The notes under the pieces were generated by a model. It was not told where the DNA came from. It searched no databases and was given only the letters and a program-made list of their open reading frames with translations. The position numbers and the translations under genes were made by a program. Source: Octopus sinensis (Eukaryota). Taken from it: a stretch of DNA of 64,000 nt. The stretch's first letter is position 1. Each line of letters begins with the position of its first letter. This document shows positions 37,041-50,271 of this stretch, piece after piece. Location of the stretch: contig NC_043001.1 in NCBI RefSeq assembly GCF_006345805.1, positions 134,230,001 to 134,294,000 on the forward strand, read 5' to 3'.

Positions 37041-37079
37041 AGGTTAGTGTAAAAAGATGATGATGACAATGACTTAAAT

Positions 37080-38310
37080 AAGAACAGAGTCCTATGTCTT
37101 CCTCAGTACTCAACCAACTCATCTCATTTCTCTTCACAACATCATTGGCTCAATTCACTGTTTATCTTCCTCTCTTGCAGTGAGACTCTGCTCATCCACT
37201 GAATCATTTTTATTTCTGTCCTTTCCAGGTTCCTCTGCTGCTCTATGCTCATTACCTATGCCTTACTTCCAAAAATCATAGCACTTCTCACACATGCAGC
37301 ATACACCTTTCCCTTCAGTCTTATTGATATTCCCCTCTTCGTTAGCATGCCATTCAGTTCCCAGAACTTCACACTCTAGCTAACATCACCACATCCAATC
37401 CACCTTTTCCATTCAACGTCTCCTAAGTATCAAAATGTTTTCAGACTTTCCATTTCCACACCATTTCCAAGATCCAACACAACATTCCTTCTGTCTGCAT
37501 CTCCTTTCATACATGCCTTTCACTTCAGTGTAGCTGCCACATTCTTTAACCCTTTAGTGTTCAGATTATTCTATCAAACATAATGCCTATTGATTCACAT
37601 TGATTTGAATTAATCATGCATTATCTCATATCTTCAAGATCTTGAAGGTGTAATTACTTAATGTAGAATAACATTGTAGGGTAGGTGTGAGAGCCTGGAT
37701 CTGGTCAGTTTGAACATAAAACAGATTAAATATTTTGGCTGGATATGGCTGGTTTAAATACTAAAGGGTTAATATCTATCTCATACAATGTATATATTTG
37801 ATAACCCACCCAGAACATTCTGTACATTTGATGGAGTTTACTCCAACAGCCATTCTCACAAAACCATTTCCCTCTTCTTTCCACCTCACGACATGCTTTA
37901 CCACTTACCAACAATTTCCAATATTCTTCTTCTTCATAACTTTTGTCCTCCATACATTTCTACTGATTCATCTCCTTTAATCCATCAATAATCTCTGCAA
38001 TTAACATCAGCCCATCTGCATACAGTAACACCCCATGGTAACCTTCTTTTATGCTTTGCATCAGCATCTCCATCACAACAGCAAATAATAATAGACTTAA
38101 CATAACCTTTGATGCCCTCAACACTCACTTTAAAATCACCACTATTCCTACCCTCCGTTCCTATAATTCTATGTGCTCTCTCATTACAAGGACTACTACT
38201 CAATAAACAGCCATTCCTTTATTCCTAACTCTTTCAATGTCCTTATTTCTAATTCACATAGAACTCTCTCAAAAACTTTCTTCATATCAACAAATCCAAG
38301 AAACAATATT
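37080..38310 (-). mobile_element. Decayed RTE-clade LINE interrupted by a piggyBac-like MITE (37546-37772)
   Basis: Relic LPWGVTVCRWA (a degenerate PW.LLYADD) in ORF 37985-38203; MITE has TTAA|CCCTTTAG...CTAAAGGG|TTAA. Confidence 0.6.
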
Positions 38311-39573
38311 GGAATACTGGATGTGTGAATAATTATAATCCCCAAATAGACATTATCAACAGTTATTCCTCAAGTATTTTTTACCAAGATAAAAAAAAGA
38401 TTTGCTTTTTAGTGACACATGAAAAGCATTTGACAGATTTTTGTATCATTGTTTTAAACGTATTTAAATTAGGAGAGTATAAAAATCCACCCTTTGAAAT
38501 TATCGAATTATGATTTATTTCTGTCACTGGCTTTATACTTGTTTAGATAAATCCGCATTTTTTGGCTTTCTCTCACCTATGTCTGTAGTAGTAAGTTCTA
38601 AGTTCACCTGTGGTTTTCTTACCGTATTTATACATTAAAAACAATTTTCATTGAGCAAATTCATAATATCATCTTTCTAAATTTTCTAAAACAAACCATT
38701 TTCCTAGATTATCAAAACTTTAGATTCTCATTACATAAACTGAAGATCATATCTAACACATTTCAACTTTAACTGTTGGGAACCACCAAAAATTCATCAT
38801 GTTTTACTGATAAACTTTTTGTACCAAGAAACCATTTGTAACAACAGGAGGTTCCAAACTTCCTCCAAGTAATATGCCATTTTTACATAATTCTTGATGA
38901 AAGCTCATCATGGTTTGTTCATCTTTTTGAGCAGCTATTACTTTGAAAAGTATTAATTCATTCTTACACTGTCCATACACCTATTACATCATTTTATCAT
39001 CCACTTACCCATACTGGTGAGAGGTGGAAATGTCATAAGAAAATCAACTCATCTCTCATCCTAATCCTATATCATCCCATTTGTGAGGCCCAACAACACT
39101 AAGAAAAAACACTTCTTCCCAGGTTTTCTTTTACTCAAGCAACTGCCAATATTATAATACTTCAGGCCACCACAAGTGGCCTGAACTCTTTACATGAACA
39201 CCACCCTGTACATAACTCCATGTCCCCCTACATGGCCTTGCTTTCTGCTTTTTGAGCCAAAAAATTAACTAACTAACTAACTTTCTCATCCAGCAAGTGA
39301 TGTTCATTCATACCATGTATCTATAGCTGCATAGCTACTTTGTCTATACACATTTACTGATACTTTTAATGCCCAGTTGCTCTCCTAGCCCACATACAAG
39401 TTAGCATTTCACATCAAATTCAGCTCTTTCAGTTTCCACTTTAACTTCCCAAGTTTCACTACCATACAGCATCTCAATCCAATACAAGCTCCACAGAATC
39501 AACATTTAACATGAAGGAGAAACCTTTTTTTGCCAACACAGGTAATATTTACCTGAACTATTTCCATTCCCAG

Positions 39574-39924
39574 CTCTTTTACTTGTTTCAGTCATTTGAC
39601 TGCAGCCATGCTGGAGCACCACCTTTAGTCGAGCAAATCGACCCCAGGACTTATTCTTTGTAAGCCTAGTACTTATTCTATCAGTCTCTTTCGCCGAACC
39701 ACTAAGTTATGGGGACGTAAACACACCAACATCAGTTGTCAAGCGATGTTGGGGGACAAACACACATATATACATATATATGACGGGCTTCATTCAGTTT
39801 CCACCTACAAGACTATGGTCGGCCCGAGGCTATAGTAGAAGACACTTGCACAAGGTACCACGCAGTGAGAATGAACCCAGAACCATGTGGTTGGTAAGCA
39901 AGCTACTTACCACACACCCACTCC
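39574..39924 (-). mobile_element. SINE family C
   Basis: Reverse-complement match to 21355-21742. Confidence 0.88.
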
Positions 39925-40570
39925 AGAACTTATTATGTTACTGAGATTACTACAGAAACTATTTGCTTCATCTATTAGCCCAGAGGTGGGGAAACTGCCG
40001 TCTTCTGAAGCACTAAGTTCAATCTAATGAAAGAAGTACAACATTTGAATGGAAAATCATTATCCTGAAATATATTTTTGTCGATTTAATTTTATTTAAA
40101 CCCTATCTTTTTCTTTAATTGTGAATTTTAGAAATACTTCCTATGTTTCTTTATCTTCAGTTGTACTTACAATTACACTTAAAACAGAAATCTTAACAAG
40201 TTTCCAAAATAATTTTTTAAAAAGTTACAGAAGTGCTTCCAAAACCACTTTTTAAAAATTTTGTTAGAATTTTAATGAATAATTATATTTTATAAAATAA
40301 GTATAGTCAAATAAATTTAATTTTTTCCCCTTCAAAACATTGCCTTGTCAGCTGGCAGTCAACTTGAATACAGCCTTGCAACATAAATATATCTGTATGA
40401 GGCTCTCTAAACAGTTCAAGAGATTCTTCTACTGCAAAATACTCCTGCACATGTGAAGTCATACATCTGTCAATCTGCCAGATATCTCACTGCATTCTTT
40501 TTACAAAGCTAATGTTTGCATTGTCTAGCAAGTTCCTACCAACCACCTTCCTAATATCAACCAGGAATCT

Positions 40571-40748
40571 TTAACTCTTTAGCATTTAAGTTGGCCATAT
40601 CTAGACTAAATAGTCTACCTGTTTTATGTTTAAACTGGCCAGCTCCAACTTCTTACACCTAACCTACAATGTCATTCTACTAATATACAATCACATCATT
40701 GAAATCTCAAAGCTACAAGATAATGCATGATCAACTGAGAACAATGTA
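40571..40748 (+). mobile_element. piggyBac-like MITE family 1, truncated
   Basis: ttaactctttagcatttaag...gctacaagataatgcatgat. Confidence 0.65.
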
Positions 40749-41789
40749 GTCCCTTCTCTCTCTCTCTCTGCCCTATCAAACATTTCCTTTACATCACATC
40801 TCTTAACACCCATCTCTTCTCTATCTATGAGACTACTCAGCTGCTGTAATCACCTAAGAGCCAAATAGGTACAATACCATCCTTGCCCACACTATTTCCA
40901 CCATTCACCTCTTTTTTCTGCCTTCAGCCATTGCTCTCCTCTGCTATACTTTATTCTTAACACCACTCTCAATGCCTTCTCACATCTACATCTGCATCTC
41001 ACCTACCATAGCCCCCTGAGCCACTGCTATATTTCTCCCCACCATTTGCTACACACAGTTCTATTCCCATCTATCCCCACCTCCCATTTGCGAACATTTG
41101 TATTTTGAGATGCTCCAGCAGCCCATCATGTCTATTTTCTTCCCAGCATTCCAACTTTTCAGCCTTGTTACTAGCCACCTAGGCTTGTTCTTCCATCAAA
41201 CTCTAGCCTTTAAACACCTGGCACAGAACCATCACCCCCTCTCAAATATTAATCCATTCCATATAGTCAAGGGGGCTTTTCCCTTCTGCCCCCTCTTTTT
41301 TTTTCTTGTTCCTGTTCCTTTCTTTTCTTGTAAGTTACTTGGCAACCTCACTAGTTCTGGTGGGACAAAAAAAGTACCCAGTGCATTCTGTGAAATAGTT
41401 GGCATTAGGAAGGGCATCCAGTAGTAGAAACCATGCCAAAACTGACATTCGGGATCAAAACCACCTCATATAAATAATATTAAACACACATACACAAGGT
41501 ATGTGTTTTGCCAGTTCATGGGCAGGCTGTGATTTATATTCTCGTTAATTTGTCTGGTGTTAAAACACCTGGAAGTCATAGGCAAGCAAGATAACTCACA
41601 TCAGGTCCCATTGTAGGATTGCTAGACATTGATGTGTCATCATTTTTGTGACCTCATATGATGCAGTGTTCTAAACAACTGAAATCCAAGAGATCCAATC
41701 AATGAAATTATTTCATAAGTATATAAACCATAAAATGTCAGGAGGTACGAGAGGTGAAAATACATATTTAATTAATCCCTTGTTTCCAC

Positions 41790-41978
41790 ACAAAAGCACC
41801 TGTGTGGTGCCATGTAAAAGCATCCAGTAACTCTGTAAAGTGGTTGGTGTTAGGAAGGGCATCCAGCAGCCATAGAAACCATGTCAAATGAGACTGGAGT
41901 CTGGTGCAGCTCCCCAGCTTTGGTCAAACTGTTTAACCCATGGCAGCACGGACAGCAGACATTAAATGATGATGATTA
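41790..41978 (+). mobile_element. RTE 3'-UTR remnant
   Basis: ggttggtgttaggaagggcatccag...gacattaaatgatgatgat. Confidence 0.75.
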
Positions 41979-42471
41979 CTATCCTTCGGATTACAGCCAT
42001 TTCGCAGCCTTCATAGTGTAATAATAATTTTTAGTGTATCATAATATATTTTACATGTTTGCACTAATATACATGCCATGCGCTGTACAATACAATTGTA
42101 TGTTTACAAATCAATGCCGATAAAGAAAGCAAACTCAGCAGAGCATCATGTTTACATCAATGCTTCAACTCTGAGTTGAAGCATACATGTGTGTGTGGTG
42201 GTGATGTGTAAGTGTTTGTGCCTTCTTGTTTTGACAAGAATAATGAATAATCATTGTAAATGAATATCATTCATTACCAATATTCTGCAAAAATGTGCCT
42301 GGGCTTGGGGAAATATTGCTTTGCTCTGAAGCAAGTAAAGACCAGCAACAAGAAGGGCATCTGGCCATAGTTAATCTGCTTCAATAAACTGTCTGAACCA
42401 CGCAAGCATGAAAAGTGGATGTTAAAACCATGAGGGTTATATGTGCCTGTGTACAGCATGGAATATGAGCA

Positions 42472-42699
42472 TTAACCCTTTCATTACTGTATTTATTTTG
42501 AGATGCTCTGTGTTTCTTTCAATTACTTTAAGTATAACAAAGAATTTAGTAAAATAACTTAGTTATCATTAAGCTGGTGTTAGGAACATAAAGCATGACT
42601 AAGGTTTGGTGGAAAATTTTAATTCAAAACTTATGAAAACAAAATATTTGTACTCAGAGCCAGAGCCGGTTTCAGCCGGGTTAGTAACGAAAGGGTTAA
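42472..42699. mobile_element. piggyBac-like MITE family 2, uninterrupted
   Basis: TTAA|CCCTTTC...GAAAGGG|TTAA; reverse orientation relative to the 29157 copy. Confidence 0.88.
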
Positions 42700-43780
42700 A
42701 TGATGATGATGATGATAATTAGGCAGACAAACTGAGAGAGACAGATACACACATGTGTGTGTGCATGCATGTTTTTCTCCTTTACTTGACATTACACGTT
42801 AATTACAGATAAGATGCCACCATCATACAAATGATGTTGTATGTTTGCAATCTTCTGTGAAAATGTGTCCAGTCAAGGGGAAAATATTACCATGCTTGGA
42901 AATAGGTCAAGTTGACAAAAGGAAGAGCATCTAGCCATAGAAAAATCTACTGCACCAAATTTTGTCTAACCCATGCAAGAATGAGAAAACAGTTACTAAT
43001 GTAACAGTGATGACACATCACAAATTTTACAGTTTATTTGTGAAATTTAAGCATTATCACCAAAGAACCAAATACTAAATTCCTTACAATGGTAACACAA
43101 GTGCTTGTACACATACAAACATTAGTGCACACAGACACACGAGCATAATCTGTGTACATATTTACACACACATAGACAATCAGTGTATACATACATACAC
43201 CCACATGCACACCCAGATACAGCCAATGCTATTTCACACATACACACACAAATATAATCAGAGTCTGTCCACATACACACTAATATAACCAATGCCCCAA
43301 CATATACACAAACAGAATTATTGTACCACACACACACACTCTCTCTCTCTAATAGCTGAGCCATTTAATTAAATTCAAGAATTAGAATATTCCACAGTAG
43401 AGTAATTAAAGCTTTCTGTAGAAGCCAAATGAACAAGCTGATATTATTGTTTAATCCTAGTTCACCTCTTATTGAGTACATTACATAATCCAATTATTGT
43501 CCATTTCAAGTCAATGGGTTGCAATCCACATAGAGCTACCTTCATTGGTTCATGTAGGTATGTTATGGAACAATCAATTCAAAAGGTTTTCAATTTCAAT
43601 CTGCAGAAGGTATTTTATTAATTACATACAAAGCTAGTGCCTAATTCAACATCAGTTCACTTGAGAAATGAGATTAGTTACCTGATCTCCTAAGATAAAG
43701 CAGCACCTAGAAATTCATTTGATTCCTATCTACTGTAGACCACGAAACCTAAAGAAATGATTGATTAACCTCAAGGACAT

Positions 43781-44180
43781 ACTCTTTACTCTTTTACTTG
43801 TTTCAGTCATTTGACTGCGGCCATGCTGGAGCACTGCCTTTAGTCGAGCAAATCGACCCCAGGACTTATTCTTTGTAAGCCCAGTACTTATTCTATCGGT
43901 CTCTTTTGCCGAACCGCTAAGTGACGGGGACGTAAACACACCAGCATCGGTTGTCAAGCAATGCTAGGAGGACAAACACAGGCACACACACACATACATA
44001 TATATACATATATATGACAGGCTTCTTTCAGTTTCCGTCTACCAAATCCACTCACAAGGCATTGGTCGGCCCGGGGCTATAGCAGAAGACACTTGCCCAA
44101 GATGCCACGCAGTGGGACTGAACCCGGAACCATGTGGTTGGTTAGCAAGCTACTTACCACACAGCCACTCCTGCGCCTAT
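43781..44180 (-). mobile_element. SINE family C, full length
   Basis: Reverse-complement match to 21355-21742. Confidence 0.9.
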
Positions 44181-44337
44181 TTACAATTGTTTATTAGTTA
44201 ACATGAAACACAACCACAGCAGCTGATTCTTCTGAAAATAATCATTTTGTTTTGATAAGATGTGGAAACATTTTCAGAAATCACTTGATCTGATTCACCC
44301 ACAAAATTTAAACTACAGAATGCTTTCAGGGCTGTAA

Positions 44338-44530
44338 TCATCATCATCATCATCATCATTTAGCGTCCGTTTTCCATTCTAGCATGGGTTGGACGGTTCA
44401 ACTGGGGTCTGTGAAGCCGGAAGGCTTCATCAGGCCCAGTCAGATCTGGCAGTGTTTCTACGGCTGGATGCATTCCTAACGCCAACCACTCTGTGAGTGT
44501 AGTGGGTGCTTTTTACGTGCTTTTTACGTA
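44338..44530 (-). mobile_element. RTE 3'-UTR copy
   Basis: (CAT)n followed by ttagcgtccgtttt...gtgggtgctttttacgtg. Confidence 0.88.
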
Positions 44531-44776
44531 ATGAGTATAAAATGAGCAATTGATAGCTTAGGTCAATTAGGGAGTATAATTTATTCAGTAGCCATCAGGA
44601 AAGAACTTTTTTCAGCAAAAGATTCTGGCTGAAATACTAAACATTTCTTTTTCCGTTTGGCAAACCAATTTACTTCTTATTTGAACTGTCAGGAATATTA
44701 TTTAACTCTCTAATTTACCATCTAAAACAACTTGAATTTTACAACAAACAATTTATATTGGGATATCTATAATTAT

Positions 44777-45205
44777 GCATGAGGCAAGTGAAATCGAAAT
44801 CGATCAAAAATCAATGGAAACTGTAGTTGTGATACCAGTGCCGGTGGCAAGTAAAAGAACCATCCAAACGTGGCCGTTGCCAGTGCCGCCTCGTCTGGCC
44901 TCCGTGCTGGTGGCACGTAAAAAGCACCAACCGATTGTGGCCGTTGCCAGCCTCGCCTGGCACGTAAAAAGCACCAACCGATCGTGGCCGTTGCCAGCCT
45001 CGCCTGGCACCTGTGCCGGTGGCACGTAAAAAGCACCCACTACACTCACGGAGTGGTTGGCGTTAGGAAGGGCCTCCAGCTGTAGAAACACTGCCAGATC
45101 AGACTGGGCCTGGTGCAGCCTCCTAGCTTCCCAGATCCCAGTCGAACCGTCTAACCCATGCTAGCATGGAAAGTGGACGTTAAATGATGATGATGATGAT
45201 GATGA
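44777..45205 (+). mobile_element. RTE 3'-UTR copy with VNTR and (GAT)n tail
   Basis: Starts gaggcaagtgaaatcgaaatc (matches 14290 region) and ends ggacgttaaatgatgat. Confidence 0.9.
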
Positions 45206-45729
45206 TACAATCACATTATATTGTATATAAATGCAAGCATTTATACATCAGAGAGATAATTATACATATACAGGTTTATATATATATTCTACACATGCCC
45301 ACTTTTTCCTTTTGTTTTTTAAGGGGTCAGTCAGAGGAAAAAGGGGAAACACTTGACCCATTCTTTAGAATCTCCAAAACTGGTGGAAATTATCCTCATA
45401 CCAGGCACTTGACTCATTCAGATGCTTACAAAAGACTGGATCCTACTAAAAGCGCTCTCATGATAGGTGGTAGTGTCAAATGGATTGTCTATCATTCAAG
45501 AACATGAACAGTCGTCACAACATAATTCCATGCAGTTTCTAATTACCAAATATCACTCACAAGGTTTGGCTCAACCGAAGGTCACTGTGGAAAATATTCT
45601 GCACAAAACATTACAAACATAAAAGAGTACACACACCACTGCTTGTGATAAAAGTCTTCAGCATGTCTACAACATTAGAGAGGTGTATATTAAATTCATT
45701 ATGTATATAATTACTTTAATTGCTTATGC

Positions 45730-46394
45730 GATCTGATCAATATGTATCCGGACTGTTGCTATAGTAACAAAGCTAAAGCATGCAGAGTGAAGCTGCTAGG
45801 CACAGATTGACCTTGAACTCTGCTGTGCATGTACACTAAGTTTTAATGTTCTAGCTCACTTCTGCTATTTACAGCAGTGCTTGGAAGGAAGATGTGTGGC
45901 ATGTGACCATCGCATTGACCATAACAGGGAAGTTGAGCAGAGAATCTGCATCAAATTTTGCCAAAAGCTTGGCGATACCTGCTCAGAAGCCTACGCATAG
46001 TTTGCAAAAAGTTTTCACCGTTCTCAACACAATCAAGGAGATCTTGTGCAACTGAAACCCAGCTGAAAGCAGTTTTGGCACAAACTTAGTAGACACGTGT
46101 CTCATACCCAAATCTTCATTGATAACGGACTGAACTGAACTGAACTGTACCTAATCTGCACATCCTCTGATAACTCACAGATGGTGATTCAATGATTTTC
46201 CCCCTCACAGTTGCACGCACATCTGTGATGTTTTTCTCAGTTCTGCTGGTTGCAGGTCTCCCAAAAGATTCATCAATATCAACATTTTTTTCAACCTTCT
46301 TGGAAACATCTGAACCACTCGTACACTTGTGTGTGGCTCATACACTCCTCTCCATACACTTTCTGCAACTCTGCGTAGGCTTCTGAGCAGGTAT
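45730..46394. mobile_element. Mariner transposon remnant with an internal inversion
   Basis: Plus strand: TIR-like tgatcaatatgtatccggactg and EQRICIKFCQKLGDTCSEAY. Minus strand 46394-46020: TCSEAYAELQKVYGEECMSHTQVYEWF...GRPATSRT...HVSTKFVPKLL. Confidence 0.8.
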
Positions 46395-46729
46395 TATCAT
46401 GACAACTTTCTCTGTTATAGTCAATACGATGATCACACACTACAAACCCAATATAAGTTATATTAAAACTGTGTGAAGAGTGTGCATTTTCCTTCTTTAA
46501 TTTCTTATATACACATATAAATCTGAGAGTAACCCAACCTATCCTACTAACACTATGCAGAATACTACCACAACTTCCTCCACCATTACAGGTAGAATAA
46601 TTAACAACAAAAATAGCAATAATAACGAAAATAGTAATAATAACAATACTAATAACTTAGACCTTTCTACCCCTATTTCTAACTTCTCCTCTGACAGTAT
46701 TACGTCTTCCATTCCTGAAAATAATCACC

Positions 46730-47175
46730 AAAATACACCCACTTGTAACTGCCGTACTGGGTCCATCTGCCCTCTACAAACCCATTGTAGAAAACCTAAT
46801 GTAATTCATAAATGTACCATCCTCATCACATTACACAATTCTACAGCTATAAATATAGGGTCAACCATAAATTTTAAACAGCAATAAGCAGCTCAATTCT
46901 TTTAGATATGAAAAACACAGGAAATCCACAACACTTGCCAGTCACATACATCATTTCAAAAGTAGTAATAGTCCCTACATTTTGTTATGGTCCATAATAG
47001 ATTCAGGGCTTCCATACCTAGGTCAACGCTTAGCCTGTAAGTTATGCCTAAAGGAGTATTCCACATATTAAAACACAACTCCTCGACACTACTAAATAAA
47101 TATAATGAAGCCCTAAGGACATGCAACCACTGCATTTTTCATGCCTTCAAATTTTATCACAAAACTAAACGCAAC
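46730..47175 (+). mobile_element. Penelope-like element GIY-YIG endonuclease remnant
   Basis: CNCRTGSICPLQTHCRKPNVIHKC..., IGST.NFK, SFRYEKHRKSTTLA, CKLCLKE, LNK.NE...C.H pattern with stops. Confidence 0.75.
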
Positions 47176-47400
47176 CTAAACAACCACACAGCGTATATCC
47201 ACAACACCCATTAGGTAATCCCCAACAACCCTACTTAACTTTCCTTTATCTCCATTTTAATTTTTAATCTTTAAAGTTTTAACTGCCCTATCTTATTTTA
47301 AAGGTCTCAATCATTTAATACTACATATATGGAGATACAAACAGATACATGTGTGTGTAAATGTGTGTGCATGTATTTTTATGTATGTATATGTATATAT

Positions 47401-47630
47401 ATTTCTTTATTACCCACAAGGGGCTAAACATAGAGGGGACAAACAAGAATAGACAAAGGGTTTAAGTTGATTACATCAACCCCAGTGCGAAACTGGTACT
47501 TTATTTATCGACCCCGAAAGGATGAAAGGCAAAGATGACCTCGGCGGAATTTGAACTCAGAACATAACGGCAGACAAAATACGGCTATGCATTTCGCCCG
47601 GCGTGCTAACGTTTCTGCAATCTCGCCGCA
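47401..47630 (-). mobile_element. SINE family A with a 20-bp TSD in TA/TG microsatellite
   Basis: atgtatgtatatgtatatat at 47381-47400 and 47633-47652. Confidence 0.9.
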
Positions 47631-47652
47631 GAATGTATGTATATGTATATAT

Positions 47653-47968
47653 GTGGAGGCGCAATGGCCCAGTGGTTAAGGCAGCGGACTCATGGTCGGA
47701 GGATCACGTTTCGATTCCCAAACCGGGCATTGTGTGTTTATTGAGCGAAAACACTTAAAAAAGCTCCACGAAACTCCGGCAGGGGGTGGCGGCGACCCTT
47801 GTTGTACTCTTTCGCCACAACTTTCTCTAACTCTCTCTTTCTGTTTCTTGAGTAACGCTGCGATGGACTGGCATCTCGTCCAGCGGGGGGGGGGGGACAT
47901 ATGACACAGAAACCGGGAAACTGGGTCCATGAGCCTACCTAGGCTTGAAAAGGGCAATAGAAAAAGAA
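47653..47968 (+). mobile_element. SINE family B, tail type iii
   Basis: Same head and core as 17689, then gagtaacgctgcgatggactggcatctcgtccag...gaaaagggcaatagaaaaagaaaa. Confidence 0.85.
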
Positions 47969-48217
47969 AATGTGTATATATGTGTGTGCGTGTGAGTGTA
48001 TATGTACATGCATATGTATATACAAATATATGAGTGAGAGTATGTGTATACAAGTATACGTGAGTACCTGTATGCAGGCGTGCGTAACTGTGTGTAAGCA
48101 CATGTATGTATGTGCATATGCATGTGCACGAATACATTTACGGATGTGTGTGAACATGTACGCATATATCTGTATGTATATGCATATGTATATATGTGTG
48201 TGTATGTATATGTATGT

Positions 48218-48456
48218 AAGTGGCTGAAAGCAAATGACGCAGCGAGTTACAAACTATTTGACAATGAGGAAGCAAGAATGACCACCAAATTCAAAGGCGA
48301 CAACGAACAAAAGCTCGAAAACCTGGCTAATACAATCTACCAGGAAGGAGAGAAAAGATTTGGACTGGAAACAACAGGGAAGGTGGAATCAACGGCAAAG
48401 AGCAGACCATCGAGGAGGGAAAGACGGATCGCAAAGATTCAAGGAGAGAAGAAAAA
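48218..48456 (+). mobile_element. Fragment of an RLE-type (probably Hero-clade) LINE ORF, pre-RT region
   Basis: KWLKANDAASYKLFDNEE...KGDNEQKLENLANTIYQEGEKRFG...SRRERRIAKI resembles the W-P...FD...KL...I...ERFG...RR..I block I recall from Hero-type elements; clade call from memory. Confidence 0.55.
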
Positions 48457-48484
48457 ATATAGTAATATTTATAGTTATGTACAT

Positions 48485-48517
<33 letters not shown>

Positions 48518-48615
48518 GTAATATTTATAGTTATGTACATACATACATACATATATATATATCATCATCATCATCATTTAGCGCCCGCTATATATATATA
48601 TATATATATATATAT

Positions 48616-49615
48616 GTGCCACTCTGGCAAGCTATGCAGATGATACGAAAGTCTCACAGAAAATATAGAACCCCAGCGATGTTGCACACCTACAGCAGGA
48701 GTTCGACTCAATTTACAGATGGGCTGAGGATAATAATATGCAGTTTAATGCTGAAAAATTCCAGGTCCTGCGCTACCAGCATCCAAAACTGAATATTAAA
48801 CCTACAGGGTACACCGGTCCACAGGGAATTTCAATCCCAGAGCCTAAGTCAGTGAGGGATCTGGGTATCGACATGAGTGATGATACCTCCTTCCAAGTGC
48901 ACATTACCAGGATGGCGACAAAGTGCAGACAACTGGCTGGATGGATCCTAAGAACATTCAGAACCAGAGATAAGGAAACCATGATGGCCTTCTGGCGGAC
49001 ATTTGTCCTCAGCCGCCTGGATTAGTGCTCACAGCTATGGTCACCCACCAGTGTGAGATTAACAGTGGACCTTGAAGCAATCCAGAGAAGATTCACAAAG
49101 AAGATCGTCTCTTTACAACAGCTCAGCTACTGGGAAAGGTTGAAACAGCTAAGACTCTACTCCCTGGAGAGAAGACAGGATAGGTATGAAGTAATATATA
49201 TCTGGAAGATCCTGGAAGGAATTGTGCCAAATTTTGGCATTGAAAGCTACACCAATGCCGGAACGGGACAACACTGCACGGTGCCAAAGATCCCAGCAAT
49301 GCCATCATGCTTCGGACCAGTTACTGCAACAGCCTGGGTTTCAAGGGCCCACAGCTTTTTAATGTTCTCCCAAAGAGTCTGAGGAACTTGAACAAAGTAG
49401 ATGTAAGGGTTTTTAAATCAAAGTTGGACCTCTTCCTGTCGAGAGTCCCAGATGAGCCTACCTTACGGCAAGAGGTGCAAATGAGAGTAGCTATATCAAA
49501 CTCCATTCTTTATCAAGTGCCACATATTAGAGGAGGCTCCTCGTTAATAACAGTGTTGCGCAAAATGGCAGTGCATCAGCATGGCTGCAGCTCTGAGCTG
49601 AAACTTTAAAAGAAA
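48616..49615 (+). mobile_element. CR1-group LINE, YADD motif to 3' UTR, disrupted
   Basis: SYADDTKV...FNAEKFQVL...VRDLGI...WILRTF...LEAIQRRFTKKI..SYWERLKQL.LYSLERR; internal stop (LD*C) and frameshifts. Confidence 0.88.
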
Positions 49616-49653
49616 TATATATATATATAGTAATATTTATTGTTATGTACATA

Positions 49654-49951
49654 TCACGTGACCGACCAGACCATCAGATGTTGTTACACATCGCTAGTCA
49701 CAATGCGTTCGCATTGTTTTAGCCTTAGAATGACGCCACCCCGCTGGCTAAGCAAGAAGGCCAACAGAAGAAAGAGTGAGAGAAAGAGTGGTGAAAGAGT
49801 ACAGCAGGGATCACCACCCCTTGCCGGAGCCTCGTGGAGCTTTTAGGTGTCTTCGCTCAATAAACATTCACAATGCCCGGTCTGGGAATCAAAACCACAA
49901 TCCTACGACCGCAAGTCTGCTGCCCTAACCACTGGGCCATTGCGCCTCCAC
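49654..49951 (-). mobile_element. SINE family B, tail type i
   Basis: Reverse-complement match to 17689-17983. Confidence 0.88.
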
Positions 49952-50271
49952 ATGTACATATACATACATACATATATATATATATGTATCAAAACGCAGA
50001 GTAGGTGAAACTGGGGACAACTGATGAAGGGAATATTCTTTATGTTGCCTATCTTGTTTCTCAGTTTGTTTGCTTCTTTCATTTTCTATTTCTTTATTTT
50101 TTATGTTCTCGTTTCTCATTTTGTTTACATTTTTTTGATTTCCTGTACTCATATATGCATGTGTATATACATGTATATGCAGGTATGTACACATATATAT
50201 ACATATATATGCATATATTTATATGTTATTTTACATGTATATGTATGTATATATATATATATATATATATA

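Noticed and set aside
36797-37055. Shared aggt at the start of TSDs of two SINE A copies as sequence-specific targeting
   Set aside because: The third copy (47401) has an unrelated TSD; n=2 is compatible with chance or tail microhomology.
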